This document shows, piece after piece, positions 40,260-51,195 of a stretch of DNA of 64,000 nucleotides. How positions within the stretch are numbered: the stretch's first letter is position 1; each line of letters starts with the position of its first letter. The stretch covers positions 974,456 to 1,038,455 of the forward strand of contig CAWCBQ010000003.1 in the NCBI GenBank assembly GCA_963793885.1. Reading direction: 5' to 3'. Below the pieces are notes generated by a model. The model did no database searches, was not told where the DNA came from, and was given only the letters and a program-made list of their open reading frames with translations. Origin of the DNA: an uncultured Acidobacteriaceae bacterium. GTDB lineage: Bacteria > Acidobacteriota > Terriglobia > Terriglobales > Acidobacteriaceae. The translations under genes and the position numbers were made by a program.

Positions 40260-42161
40260 GTGGTTATGAAGACATTCGCTTTTGCGTCCGCAGTTCTCGC
40301 TGTTGCCTTGATGCCGTTGGGTCTTCTGGCCCAGTCGCCTTCCCTTTCGATTCAAGTGGACCATCCAACGGCCAGGGTGAGCCCAACGCTCTATGGGCTG
40401 ATGACCGAAGAGATCAACTACTCCTACGACGGGGGCATCTATGGCGAGCTGGTGCGCGACCGGGTGATTGAGAACGCCTGGGACGGGCTTGGGCATTGGC
40501 CGATGGTGGCGCGGGGCAAGTCGGTGGTGTCGGTGTCGCTGGACGAGTCGACGGGGCCAAGCGCGGATTTGCCACGGAGCCTGAAGGTGAGCGTGACTTC
40601 GGCCTCGGCGGCTGCGCCTGCGGGGGTCGAGAACGGTGGCTACTGGGGAATCCCGGTGCGGCCGAACACGATCTACAGCGGATCGTTTTATGCGCGGACC
40701 GACAGTGCCGGGCTGGCGGTGACGGTGAGCCTGGAGAACGACCCGACGGGCGCGACGGCGGCCAAGGCGACAGTAATGGGATTGACGGGCGAGTGGAAGC
40801 AATACAGCTACACGCTCAAGACCGGCAGCGTGCCGGTGACCTCGAACAATCACCTGATGCTGACCATCGACAAGCCGGCGACGGTGTGGTTTGACCTGGT
40901 GTCGCTGTTTCCGCCGACCTATGATGGGCGGACGCACGGCAACCGCATCGACATCATGGACAAGCTGGCGGCCATGCACCCGAAGTTTCTGCGGCTGCCG
41001 GGCGGCAATTACCTGGAAGGCGATCACATTGCCGACCGGTTCAACTGGAAGAAGACGATCGGGCCGTGGACCGACCGTCCCACGCATGAAAGCCCGTGGC
41101 AATACCGGTCGTCGGACGGGATGGGGCTGCTGGAGTTTCTGGAGTGGTGCGAGGACCTGAAGATGGAGCCTGTGCTGGCGGTGTATGCCGGCTACTCGCT
41201 GATGGAGGAGCATGTGGACCCGGGAGCGGCGCTGGAGCCGTACGTCCAGGACGCGCTGGACGAGATTGAATACGTGACCGGAGGGACGGACACCAAGTGG
41301 GGCGCCGAACGGGTGAAGGACGGACACGCCGCGCCGTTCCTGCTGCATTATGTGGAAGTGGGCAATGAAGACAATTTCGACCGTTCGGGCTCTTACGACG
41401 AGCGCTATGCGCAGTTTTACAAGGCGATCAAGCAGCGGTATCCGCAACTTGAGATTATTGCCACGGCCCCGATCAAGAGCATGAAGCCGGATGTGCTGGA
41501 TGAGCACTTCTACATGTCGGCGGAGCGGTCGTTCAGCGAGGCGCACCACTACGACTACACGGATCGCAAAGGGCCGAAGATTTTTGTGGGCGAATGGGCG
41601 ACGCGGGAGGGCGATCCGACGCCAAACCTTGAAGCGGCGCTGGGCGATGCAGCCTGGCTAACAGGGCTGGAGCGTAACAGCGACCTGATTGTGATGGCCA
41701 GCTACGCTCCAATGTTTGTGAATGTAAATCCGGGCGGGATGCAATGGGCGACGGACCTGATCGGCTACGACGCGCTGAAGAGCTACGGATCGCCGAGCTA
41801 CTGGGTGCAGGTGATGTTCTCAGGCCACCTGGGCACAGAGGTGGTGGCCAGCACACTGAACAATGGCGGGGCGCGGCTCTACGCGTCGGTGACGCGCGAT
41901 GCGAAGCAGCACAAGCTGATTGTGAAGGTGGTAAACGCCACGTCGGAGACACAACCGCTGGCTATCAGCCTTGAAGGGGCGGGCAAGGTGTTGGCGCAGG
42001 CGAAGCTGATCACGCTGAGCGGCAAGACGCCGAATGCAACCAACAGCATTACCTCTCCCGACGAGGTGATGCCGGTAGAGCGCAGGGTTGCGGTGGCGGG
42101 ACCGAAGTTCAAGGAAAGCTTTACGCCTTACTCGATCAACGTGCTGGAGCTGAGTTACTGA
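40260..42161 (+). CDS. alpha-L-arabinofuranosidase (GH51-like) with signal peptide
   Basis: Signal MKTFAFASAVLAVALMPLGLLAQ, FLRLPGGNYLEGD, NWKKTIGP...RP, VEVGNEDN (acid/base Glu), FVGEWA (nucleophile region), C-terminal beta-sandwich. Confidence 0.85.
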   Translation: MVMKTFAFASAVLAVALMPLGLLAQSPSLSIQVDHPTARVSPTLYGLMTEEINYSYDGGIYGELVRDRVIENAWDGLGHWPMVARGKSVVSVSLDESTGPSADLPRSLKVSVTSASAAAPAGVENGGYWGIPVRPNTIYSGSFYARTDSAGLAVTVSLENDPTGATAAKATVMGLTGEWKQYSYTLKTGSVPVTSNNHLMLTIDKPATVWFDLVSLFPPTYDGRTHGNRIDIMDKLAAMHPKFLRLPGGNYLEGDHIADRFNWKKTIGPWTDRPTHESPWQYRSSDGMGLLEFLEWCEDLKMEPVLAVYAGYSLMEEHVDPGAALEPYVQDALDEIEYVTGGTDTKWGAERVKDGHAAPFLLHYVEVGNEDNFDRSGSYDERYAQFYKAIKQRYPQLEIIATAPIKSMKPDVLDEHFYMSAERSFSEAHHYDYTDRKGPKIFVGEWATREGDPTPNLEAALGDAAWLTGLERNSDLIVMASYAPMFVNVNPGGMQWATDLIGYDALKSYGSPSYWVQVMFSGHLGTEVVASTLNNGGARLYASVTRDAKQHKLIVKVVNATSETQPLAISLEGAGKVLAQAKLITLSGKTPNATNSITSPDEVMPVERRVAVAGPKFKESFTPYSINVLELSY

Positions 42162-43036
42162 GCGGGTGAAGGTGCGCCGCGCGCGGCAATGAGGGCGCGC
42201 ACGAAGTCCGGCGTGGAACCGCAGCAGCCACCGACGAAGGAGGCTCCCGCTTGAGCGAGGGCCGCGTAGTGGGAGGCGAAGTGGGCGGCGGTTGTGGCGT
42301 AGTGAAGAGCGGTGCCTTCGATCGAGGGCAGGCCCGCGTTGGGCTTGATCCAGATGGGCAGCTCACACGCCGCGTGCAGGCGCTGACAGATGGGCACGGA
42401 GAGCTCGACGCCCACGCCGCAATTGGCGCCGACGGCGTCTGCTCCGGCTTCGGCCATGGCGGCGGCCACGGCTTCGGGGGTTGCGCCCATCATGGTGCGG
42501 TCCTTGTTTTTGCCGGAGGCAAAGGCGAAGGAGACCAGGACAGGAAGGCCGGTGTGGCGCGCGGCTTCAACCGCTAGGCGCGCCTCCTCGATGTCGCTCA
42601 TGGTTTCGATGAGCAGGGCGTCGGCGCCGGCCTCGGCCAGGGACCGGGCCTGCGCCGCAAAGGCAGCGGCAACCTGCGCGGCATCGATTTCGCCGGACAT
42701 GAGAATCTTTCCCGTGGGACCGATGGAGGCAAAGACCAACGCCCGCTTCCCTGCTGCCAGCTTGGAGATCTCCACTCCGGCGCGATTGAAGGCGTCAAGC
42801 TCGGCGTCTGAGTGGGCGCTCATGGCAACATGGTTGGCGCGGAAGGTGTTAGTGAGAATGACCTGGCTGCCGGCCTCAACATAGGCGCGCGCGACATCCT
42901 CGACGCGGTCTGCGTGGGTAAGGTTCCAGGTGTCAGGCGTGACACCAGAGGGCAGACCGCGCGCCTGCAACTCGGTTCCCCAGGCGCCATCGGAGATGAA
43001 CGGGCCTGCGGTGAGCCACTCCGCGAGGCGGCTCAT
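42155..43036 (-). CDS. homocysteine S-methyltransferase domain protein (MetH N-terminal-domain-like, stand-alone)
   Basis: DGAWGTELQ, ILTNTF, ANCG and the GGCCGSTP zinc-ligand motif. Start chosen at ATG 43036; upstream alternatives exist up to 43336. The 3' end overlaps the GH51 stop by 7 nt. Confidence 0.8.
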   Translation of the reverse strand: MSRLAEWLTAGPFISDGAWGTELQARGLPSGVTPDTWNLTHADRVEDVARAYVEAGSQVILTNTFRANHVAMSAHSDAELDAFNRAGVEISKLAAGKRALVFASIGPTGKILMSGEIDAAQVAAAFAAQARSLAEAGADALLIETMSDIEEARLAVEAARHTGLPVLVSFAFASGKNKDRTMMGATPEAVAAAMAEAGADAVGANCGVGVELSVPICQRLHAACELPIWIKPNAGLPSIEGTALHYATTAAHFASHYAALAQAGASFVGGCCGSTPDFVRALIAARGAPSPAQ

Positions 43037-43280
43037 GCGAACCGCCCGTCGAGCACTGTGAGCGGAGCTGGTTTCAGGTTCTTCGTAGAATGCTGTAGAG
43101 GATTGCGGGCTTTCATGGAGGACTCCGTCAGGCATTTGTGCGGCGCTTTGGTTCTCCGCTGGTTGGAATGATAGATGACAACGCTCGACCATTGCAGCGG
43201 GGCGGCGTTTTAGCGGTTTCAGGCTATCGGCGGGGCGCGCTTCCAATGCGACGGGGGCCTCAATTAGAGTTGGGTCACAC

Positions 43281-44666
43281 GTGATTATTAACCTGGCCAG
43301 ACGCGCGCATGACCACAACTGGGAGCTGGATCCCATTACGCGGTCTCTGTTGGATACTGACTTTTACAAGCTGCTGATGTTGCAGTTTATCTGGAAGAAC
43401 TTTCGCACCACGCGCACCACGTTCACGCTTTTGAATCGGACGGAATCAGTGCGCCTGGGCGAGATGGTGGGCCTGCACGCGTTGCGCGAACAACTGGAAG
43501 CGGTGAAGACGCTGCGGTTTCACAAGTCGGAGCTGATCTGGCTCGCGGGCAATACGTTTTATGGACGCAGGGGCATCTTCGAGCCCGCGTTTCTGGAGTG
43601 GCTCGAGCGTGACTTCCGGCTATCGGAGTTTGAGCTTGCGGAGCGCAATGGGCAGATTGCGCTCAGTTTCAGCGGCCTGTGGACCGAGACGACGATGTGG
43701 GAAATTTATGCGCTGACGGTGATCGACGAGCTGAAGACGCGCGCCAGTCTGAAGCGGCTGAGCGAATTGGAGCTGGACATTCTGTATGCGCAGGCCAAGA
43801 CAAAGCTGTGGGAGAAGATGGAGCGGCTGCGCGGAATTCCCAAGCTGAATATCAGCGACTTTGGAACCCGGCGCAGGCACAGTTTTTTGTGGCACGAGTA
43901 CGTAGTGAAGGCGATGAGCGACGTGCTGGGCCCGGGATTCAAAGGCAGCTCGAATACTTACCTGGCCTATAAGCACGATCTTGAGGCCATTGGAACGAAC
44001 GCGCACGAGTTGCCGATGGCGATGGCGGCGCTGGCTAAGAACAATCAGGAATTGAAGACGGCGCAGTACCGCTTTCTCGAGTTATGGCAGCAAAGTTACC
44101 AAGGTGAGCTGCTGATCCTGCTGCCGGACACGTTTGGGACCACTCAGTTTTTGGAGAGCGCGCCGGCGTGGGTGGCGGACTGGACGGGCCAGCGCATCGA
44201 CAGCAAAGATCCGTGGATTGCTGGGGACGAATATATTGCGTGGCTGGAACGGCACGGGCGCGACCCGCGCAGCAAGCTTCTGATTGCCTCGGATGCGCTC
44301 GATGTGGATCAAATCCTCAGGCTTCATGCTTATTTTGGTGGGACGCTGCGGAACGGCGCCTCGGCCGCAAATTTTGAGCGCGCCAGCGACTTTCTGGATG
44401 AGAAGCGATGGGTTCCGGACCAGCGGATTCGTTTCAGCGCGGGCTGGGGAACGTTCTTGACCAACGACTTCAGGGGCTGCAATCCGCAGGGCGATGAGGG
44501 ATTCGATCCAGTGAGCCTGGTGTGCAAACTGAGCGAGGCGGAAGGCCGGCCGGCGGTGAAGCTCTCGGATAATTACGGGAAGGCGCTGGGGGATGCGAAC
44601 GAGATTGCACGCTATCGGCGGGTCTTTGGAACGGCGGGCGTTTCGGATTTGCCGGTACTCACGTGA
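43281..44666 (+). CDS. pncB: nicotinate phosphoribosyltransferase
   Basis: LLDTDFYKLLMLQ, FGTRRR, AIGTNAHE, GQRIDSKDP, VKLSDN are typical PncB motifs. Confidence 0.9.
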   Translation: MIINLARRAHDHNWELDPITRSLLDTDFYKLLMLQFIWKNFRTTRTTFTLLNRTESVRLGEMVGLHALREQLEAVKTLRFHKSELIWLAGNTFYGRRGIFEPAFLEWLERDFRLSEFELAERNGQIALSFSGLWTETTMWEIYALTVIDELKTRASLKRLSELELDILYAQAKTKLWEKMERLRGIPKLNISDFGTRRRHSFLWHEYVVKAMSDVLGPGFKGSSNTYLAYKHDLEAIGTNAHELPMAMAALAKNNQELKTAQYRFLELWQQSYQGELLILLPDTFGTTQFLESAPAWVADWTGQRIDSKDPWIAGDEYIAWLERHGRDPRSKLLIASDALDVDQILRLHAYFGGTLRNGASAANFERASDFLDEKRWVPDQRIRFSAGWGTFLTNDFRGCNPQGDEGFDPVSLVCKLSEAEGRPAVKLSDNYGKALGDANEIARYRRVFGTAGVSDLPVLT

Positions 44667-44687
44667 CGACAAAAAAACACAGGCTGA

Positions 44688-45788
44688 ATGGGGTGGGACC
44701 GGAAGTCTTCAAGAGATTGCGGCGGGCGGTGCAATGTGTTCGATAGGACGGTGAAGGCAGGCGGGTACGCGAGCCAACTGCGTCGGGAACTGGCTCTGCG
44801 CGGACGAAAATATGCGCGGGGACGTGCGCATGAGCAGAGCTACGGCAGCGCACCCGTGGTTGTGTTTCCGCCGGAGAATGGGCGGCACGGGAATTTTTTC
44901 GATACAGCGTATGAAGCCATCGCGGGACGGCCGGAGTGGCTGCGGCGGTTCGACAAGATTCATGCGCAGGCGGGGCGGTCGCTGCCAAAACCGCCTGATC
45001 CGGCGCGGCGTTGGCGGGAACTGGATTCGTCGATGAGCTCCGATGCGCTCCTGATGAATGTGTTTTGCACGCCGGGAGTGGTGGAGTCGCCTGCTCTGCG
45101 TAATGCGTTGGGGATCGAGGACGACGCGGCGCCGGTTTTCGGATGGAAGGCGCGCGTTCCTTTGACTATGGGGCGATTCGATCGTACGGAAGTGGACATG
45201 CAGCTAGGCAGCCTGCTGGTGGAGGCAAAGCTGACAGAGGGTAACTTCCAGACGCGTGAGGCTCGGATCGTGGAGGCGTACCGGGATTTCGATGAGGTCT
45301 TCGATCGCGAGCTGCTGCCGCGTGTGGAGTTGACTTTGGTGAGGCGCAAAGAGCCGGTCGAATTTCCAGAGGCTTATTCGCAGGAGTTCGAGGGCGCGAT
45401 CGATACGACGTTGCCTCTTGCGGCGCTGGGAGAGTTCGAGGCCCGTTCCCCGTCGACGCTGGCTGCGGAAGAATTCAATTCCAAGCGTGAAAGCGAGCGC
45501 GGGTATGCGAACTATCAACTGATACGGAACGTGCTAGCGGCTTATGCGACGAGGTGCAGGTTTTGCGTGGTGCATGATGAGCGCAGGCCGGATTTGCGTG
45601 AGGCATGGTTCCAGACGATGGCGGCCGTGAAGAGAGCGGATTTGCGGGTCCGTTTGATGGTGCTCACGTGGCAGGAGCTGGCGGCTTACTTACCCACGGC
45701 GTTGCAGGAGTTTCTGGATTTGAAGTACGGGATTGTTGCGCCGCGACTAACGGGATCGCTGGTGGATGATGCTGCGGAGTTCGATTAG
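44688..45788 (+). CDS. hypothetical protein with a PD-(D/E)XK-like nuclease motif
   Basis: ELDSSMSSDALLMNVF, then D170 (TEVDMQL) and E179-x-K181 (LLVEAKL) in beta-strand-like context (nt 45195-45230), then YQLIRNVLAAY. No family recognised. Start uncertain. Confidence 0.55.
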   Translation: MGWDRKSSRDCGGRCNVFDRTVKAGGYASQLRRELALRGRKYARGRAHEQSYGSAPVVVFPPENGRHGNFFDTAYEAIAGRPEWLRRFDKIHAQAGRSLPKPPDPARRWRELDSSMSSDALLMNVFCTPGVVESPALRNALGIEDDAAPVFGWKARVPLTMGRFDRTEVDMQLGSLLVEAKLTEGNFQTREARIVEAYRDFDEVFDRELLPRVELTLVRRKEPVEFPEAYSQEFEGAIDTTLPLAALGEFEARSPSTLAAEEFNSKRESERGYANYQLIRNVLAAYATRCRFCVVHDERRPDLREAWFQTMAAVKRADLRVRLMVLTWQELAAYLPTALQEFLDLKYGIVAPRLTGSLVDDAAEFD

Positions 45789-45850
45789 ACTCGCTCGATG
45801 ATTTCGAACCTTTCGCTGCTTCGCCGGGCGCAGGTTGCCGACCTGGATGA

Positions 45851-46021
45851 ACTGCTCAAATTAATATTGAGACGCGGGTGTTGTGCCGCAAAGGAATCGG
45901 GGGCACCGATCTTCATCTGATCGCTTCCGCCCTCCTGGAAGAGCCGCTTCCGATCTGGACACGGGACAGGCGACTTAGTGAAGTTGCTTCGTCATTTGGG
46001 ATTCGATCGGATCTGGCTTGA
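45851..46021 (+). pseudogene. C-terminal remnant of a PIN-domain (VapC-like) toxin gene
   Basis: The in-frame translation after a stop reads ...RVLCRKGIGGTDLHLIASALLEEPLPIWTRDRRLSEVASSFGIRSDLA-TGA. This resembles the last ~55 aa of VapC toxins (G-x-x-D-x-x-IA-x-x-A, then T-x-D). There is no N-terminal half and no antitoxin. Confidence 0.4.
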
Positions 46022-46277
46022 AAGGGATCCTGGTTTGCGGCCGCGTATGGGGGCAGGTTCGGTTTGCACTATCCCAAAATCGGGACCTTGGGCCTCCGGC
46101 ATTGGCATAGGAACAAGCGAACGGAGAACCAGAGCAGGCCTGTTGCCTGTCAATCAAAAGAACCCGACGGTCGATGCACGCCAGCTATAATCTTCAAGGG
46201 AGTTGAGCGGCAAACCTACCTGCTCCCTTTCAGCAGAATCAAGATTTTTCAAGCCGAATCGAGGAGCGCACGTACCC

Positions 46278-46826
46278 ATGTCTGAGGCCATCAAACCTAT
46301 CAACGTTGAAAACCTGAAAAAGCTGGTGCGGACGGTTCCCGATTTTCCCAAACCGGGGATTCTGTTCTATGACATCACCACGCTGTTGAAAGACAAGACC
46401 GGCTTTGCCCAGTTGATTGACGCGCTGGCGGCACATTATCTGGAGCGCAAGATCGACCTGGTTCTGGGGATTGAGGCTCGGGGATTCATTTTTGGACCGG
46501 CGCTGGCTTACCGGCTGAATGCGGGATTTGTGCCGGTGCGCAAACCGCGCAAGTTGCCTGCCCCGGTTGCGCGCGTGACTTATGACTTGGAATACGGCTC
46601 GGACACGCTGGAGATTCACCTGGACGCGATTCAGCCCGGGCAGAGCGTGGTGCTGGTGGATGATCTGCTGGCCACCGGCGGCACCATGGAAGCAACCATC
46701 AAACTGGTAAAGCAACTGGGCGGAGAGATCGCGGGACTGGCGTTCGCGGTGGAGCTGGACTTTCTGAAAGGCCGGGAACGGTTCTCGGAGTACGACGTGT
46801 TCAGCCTGCTGCACTACGACGAGTAG
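46278..46826 (+). CDS. apt: adenine phosphoribosyltransferase
   Basis: [28 protein letters not shown], and the PRPP loop [13 protein letters not shown]. Confidence 0.93.
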   Translation: MSEAIKPINVENLKKLVRTVPDFPKPGILFYDITTLLKDKTGFAQLIDALAAHYLERKIDLVLGIEARGFIFGPALAYRLNAGFVPVRKPRKLPAPVARVTYDLEYGSDTLEIHLDAIQPGQSVVLVDDLLATGGTMEATIKLVKQLGGEIAGLAFAVELDFLKGRERFSEYDVFSLLHYDE

Positions 46827-46891
46827 AGAGGTTCATGGCGGCCCTCAGGGACGCCGAACGCTCGCCGCGACCCGTGACCTGGGGCACTCCG

Positions 46892-47724
<833 letters not shown>

Positions 47725-47728
<4 letters not shown>

Positions 47729-49422
47729 GTTCTCCCCTTTTGGGTTGCATCCGGAATGGCGGCAAAAAATGTGGTTCCCTCGTCTTCGTCGCTGGTGACC
47801 CAGACATAGCCGCTGTGAATCAGCGCGACGCGCTTGGCAACGGAAAGGCCGATGCCGGTGCCGGAGGCGCGATTGGAAGAGTTGGAGGAGCGGTAGTAGC
47901 GATCGAAGATGCGCTCACGGTCGGCCATCGGAATGACGGTGCCGAAACTATGCACTGAAAAGATCAGTTCATTCTTGTCGTGCACGGCGCGAATGGTGAT
48001 GGTGGTGCCATAGATTGAGTACTTGCAGGCATTGTCGACGTACTGGGTGAGGAGCATGACCATTAATTCGCGATCGCAGAAGAGGACAAGATCTTCATCT
48101 TCGAGATCGACGACCACCTTCATGCTTGCGAGGCGCTCTCTGAGCGTGCCGAGCACGGCTTCGATGAGCGATCCGACGCCGACGGGCGTAGGGTGAATGG
48201 TGATTTCTCCCGCGTCGAGGCGGGCGGTAGTGAGCAAGCGGGTGGTGAGCTCGCTGAGGACGCCTGTCTGTTCGTCGATGAGCGCGACGAGTTCGGCCTG
48301 ACCGGGCGAGAGGCGGCCCATTTCCTCGAGGCCGGTGCTGGCGGCGCGAATGGCGGTGAGCGGTGTTTTGTAGGCATGCGCCAGACTGTCAAGAACGGTG
48401 GCGCGCAACTGCTCTGTGCGGCGGTCGGACTCGATGCGGCTCTCATTGGCAAAGGCGCGGTAGCGGTCAAAGGTGATGGCAATGAGCGAGGCGATGGCAT
48501 TGTTGGTGAGAGGGCTGGTTTCGCCGCGCACCACCAGGCTGCCGATGGGCACAGTTCCCAAACGCACCACGCGGCGGCCCAGGCCGGTCTCCGGGTCGTC
48601 ATCCGAGGTCTCAAAGTAGTAGACGTTCTGCGCAAGCTCCTGGGGATCGACGGACCAGATTCCAGCCTGATAGACGTTGTGCAGGTCGGCGTCAAATACG
48701 GCAACCGCTTCGAGGGCGAATATTTCGTGGACGAGCTCGGCCAACTCGGGCCCGGGCTCGACGTGGAGATTCATTTGCAGGGTACGCCGGGTGAATTCAT
48801 AGAGGTCATGCATCTGACCTCCCCAGGACTCGGCCTCGCGGGCGTTTCCTGTTACCCGCGAGGACAGGCGGCTCACGATGAGAGCCACCAGGACGAATGC
48901 CAGCAAGGTAACTGTGTTCGCCGGATCTTCAGCGAGCTTGAGATTGGGCTGGCGCGCCGTGAAATAAGCGTGCAGAACGACGGCGGAGAGCGACACGATG
49001 ACCGCCTGCCAGAATCCGCATAACAAGGCCGTCGGCACCACAATCAGCAAATAGAGCAACAAGGCAACGGGAAGCAACCATCCCGACCAGTCCGCTAGAA
49101 CCGCGACCAGGACCACGGCGACGATGCCCAGCGCGCACTCCAGCGTGAACAGGAGCGCGCGCGACCCCGAACCGCGCGGGCCTCTGATCCCAGAGATGGT
49201 ACGGGCAGGAATGGAAGTTGCAGACAAAGGGGACCCACCTTTTGACAGCGCCTTATCCCGATCAACTGGTGGAGCAAGGGAGGTGCAAGAAAATCTTAAC
49301 AGGTTCCTGATTTGATTTTCGCGGATCTTCGTGGCAGGTGCGCGGCAAGGAGGCGAAATGTCTGTTTCGAACTGTGACCAAGGCGGCAACCTGTTAAGGA
49401 ATTTGGAGTGAAGATTCAGCAC
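47725..49422 (-). CDS. KdpD C-terminal-half-like sensor histidine kinase (membrane DUF4118-like + GAF-like + HisKA + HATPase_c), no KdpD N-terminal domain
   Basis: 4-TM block (ALLFTLECALGIVAVVL...LLYLLIVVPTALLCGFWQAVIV...), H-box LDSLAHAYKTPLTAIRA, YVDNACKYS, GTGIGLSVAK. The start is uncertain (GTG at 49422 is the most upstream option). Confidence 0.85.
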
Positions 49423-49690
49423 ATGAAGAATCTTTGCATCTTCCTCATGGCATCTTTATGTGATCTTTGCGTAACTAATACCAGTACGCTGCAACCGAAA
49501 CCAACCCGGGAAGCAGCACCCCACGATTACCAACTGTTTCCCGGGATATCCATCGGGCCGGGGAGCTTCATCGGGTCTTGCAGGTGTAGTGTGCGCGAAT
49601 GAGCACGGACAACACACCGCCTACGACCCCGAGCCTGCGCCTGAATTCATTGCCAGTCATTCCAAATTCGTTATATGGAGGATAGTGCTG

Positions 49691-50929
49691 ATGTTTTCAA
49701 AATCAAAACGCATACTGCTATCGATGGCCGGAGCGGCCATGGCGACCGCGCTGCTGGCCGGTGCGCAAACCCCTGCCCCGGCAGCGCCCCCGGCCGCGGC
49801 TGCAGCGGCTCCCGCCGCCGCACCCACACCCCCAGCTCCGCTTTCGACATTTGTATTGACGGGGCCGCTGACGTGGCTGCCGCCGGCTACCTTCGATGCC
49901 GGGCCGTTGGGTAAGTTGTCGGCCAACGGCATTATTACCGGTTACTCGCTCTTTCAGGATAATTACATTCCGGGAGACGCTGCCGAACAAGCCACTCTGA
50001 GCAACGGACAGGTGTTTATTCAGAAGGCAGACGGAAATTTTCAGTGGTACGTCCAGGCCGGTGCCTATACCCTGCCGACCCTTTCAGTTCCGTTTCTTAA
50101 CGCCGAAGATACCGTAAAAGCTACCTACGGTCCGGTTCCGGTGGCCTTCATGAAGTTTCAGGCGGGCAAAACGACGCAATTCGAGATCGGCGAACTTCCC
50201 ACGCTGATGGGCGCGGAGTCCACATTCACTTATCAAAATTTCAACGTTGAGCGCGGCATCGTCTGGAACCAGGAGAACGCCATCAATCGCGGCATCCAGA
50301 TCAATCAAACCCTGGGCAAGTACCTGACCGCCGAGATTAGCTGGAATGATGGTTACTATTCCAACCGCTACTCGTGGCTCTCGGGCTCAGTGGTCTTTAC
50401 GAAGGGAACCAGCACGCTGGTGTACGACGGAATGGGGAACCTCGGGCAAACCGTCTTTGAAACTTCGGCTACGCCCATCCAGAACAACGGCTCGATGCAC
50501 GCGGTGATCTATACCTTCACCAAGGGTCCGTGGATCATTTCTCCGTACTTTCAGTACGGCACCTTGCCGACCAACCCGACGGTCGGCGTCATCAAGGGCA
50601 CGTCCGCAATTGGCGGCGCATTTAACCTCAGCTACGCGTTCAAGGACGGCTTCTCGATCCCGGTGCGCGTGGAATATCTGACCAGTTCGGGGAGCGCCAC
50701 CGACGGATCGGTCAACTTGCTGGGCTTTGGACCTGGCAGCGCAGGCACTACTTTTACGGCGACGCCAACCTACCAGAAGGGAGCCATGTTCGTCCGCGGC
50801 GATATTTCGTGGGTGGGGGCATCGAACTACACCTCGGGATATGTCTTTGGCCAAGGCGGAAGTTCCGCGGACCAATTCAGGGGCGTGCTTGAATTTGGCT
50901 TCATCTTTGGCGACAACATCTCAAAATAG
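49691..50929 (+). CDS. putative outer-membrane beta-barrel (porin-like) protein
   Basis: GGAGGA RBS, signal peptide MFSKSKRILLSMAGAAMATALLAGAQ, Ala/Pro linker, then alternating-polarity strands rich in Y/G/T/N, ending in an aromatic-containing EFGFIFG strand. No family recognised. Confidence 0.55.
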   Translation: MFSKSKRILLSMAGAAMATALLAGAQTPAPAAPPAAAAAAPAAAPTPPAPLSTFVLTGPLTWLPPATFDAGPLGKLSANGIITGYSLFQDNYIPGDAAEQATLSNGQVFIQKADGNFQWYVQAGAYTLPTLSVPFLNAEDTVKATYGPVPVAFMKFQAGKTTQFEIGELPTLMGAESTFTYQNFNVERGIVWNQENAINRGIQINQTLGKYLTAEISWNDGYYSNRYSWLSGSVVFTKGTSTLVYDGMGNLGQTVFETSATPIQNNGSMHAVIYTFTKGPWIISPYFQYGTLPTNPTVGVIKGTSAIGGAFNLSYAFKDGFSIPVRVEYLTSSGSATDGSVNLLGFGPGSAGTTFTATPTYQKGAMFVRGDISWVGASNYTSGYVFGQGGSSADQFRGVLEFGFIFGDNISK

Positions 50930-50960
50930 CCTGGAGGCGCAGAGCCTGCGAGCGGGAAAT

Positions 50961-51044
50961 TGAAGAGTCCCGCCTCTGAGAGCTTGATGCTCGGTCCCGA
51001 GTCAGGGGAAACGAGAGGAAAGACTTCAGAATCGGGACTCTTCA
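50961..51044 (+). terminator. long-loop hairpin downstream of the beta-barrel gene
   Basis: tgaagagtcccg (50961-50972) pairs with cgggactcttca (51033-51044), a 12 bp stem with a 60 nt internally structured loop, followed by tttcat. Confidence 0.3.
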
Positions 51045-51195
51045 TTTCATCCTTATCGATGCGACCTTAGGATTTAGCTAACTCGCTGGACTAACTCACA
51101 TCGGCCCGGATTGCATTCGAGATACGGGCAAGCCATTCGAAATTCCCGGGGGCAACCACGGGGAGCCGACCTAAGAAAGACATTTCATCAGGAGA

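Noticed and set aside
40230-41549. 439-aa ORF on the minus strand
   Set aside because: It is antisense to the clearly recognisable GH51 arabinofuranosidase. The translation is Arg/His/Pro/Val-rich low complexity, typical of shadow ORFs in high-GC DNA, with no motifs.
45798-45920. 41-codon ORF with a GNAT-like N-terminus
   Set aside because: It is too short and ends after 41 codons. The resemblance rests on about 15 residues. It is mentioned only as possible debris within the islet finding.
49428-49468. ATCTT direct repeats in the kinase/beta-barrel intergenic region as response-regulator binding sites
   Set aside because: The spacings are irregular (8, 14, 11 nt) and the motif is only 5 nt long. 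This cannot be distinguished from chance in an AT-richer spacer.
51145-51175. GGGGCAA-containing stretch upstream of the APC transporter as a possible glycine or other riboswitch
   Set aside because: Only one short consensus-like fragment is present. I could not identify the flanking ACCGAAGG context or the paired aptamer architecture.
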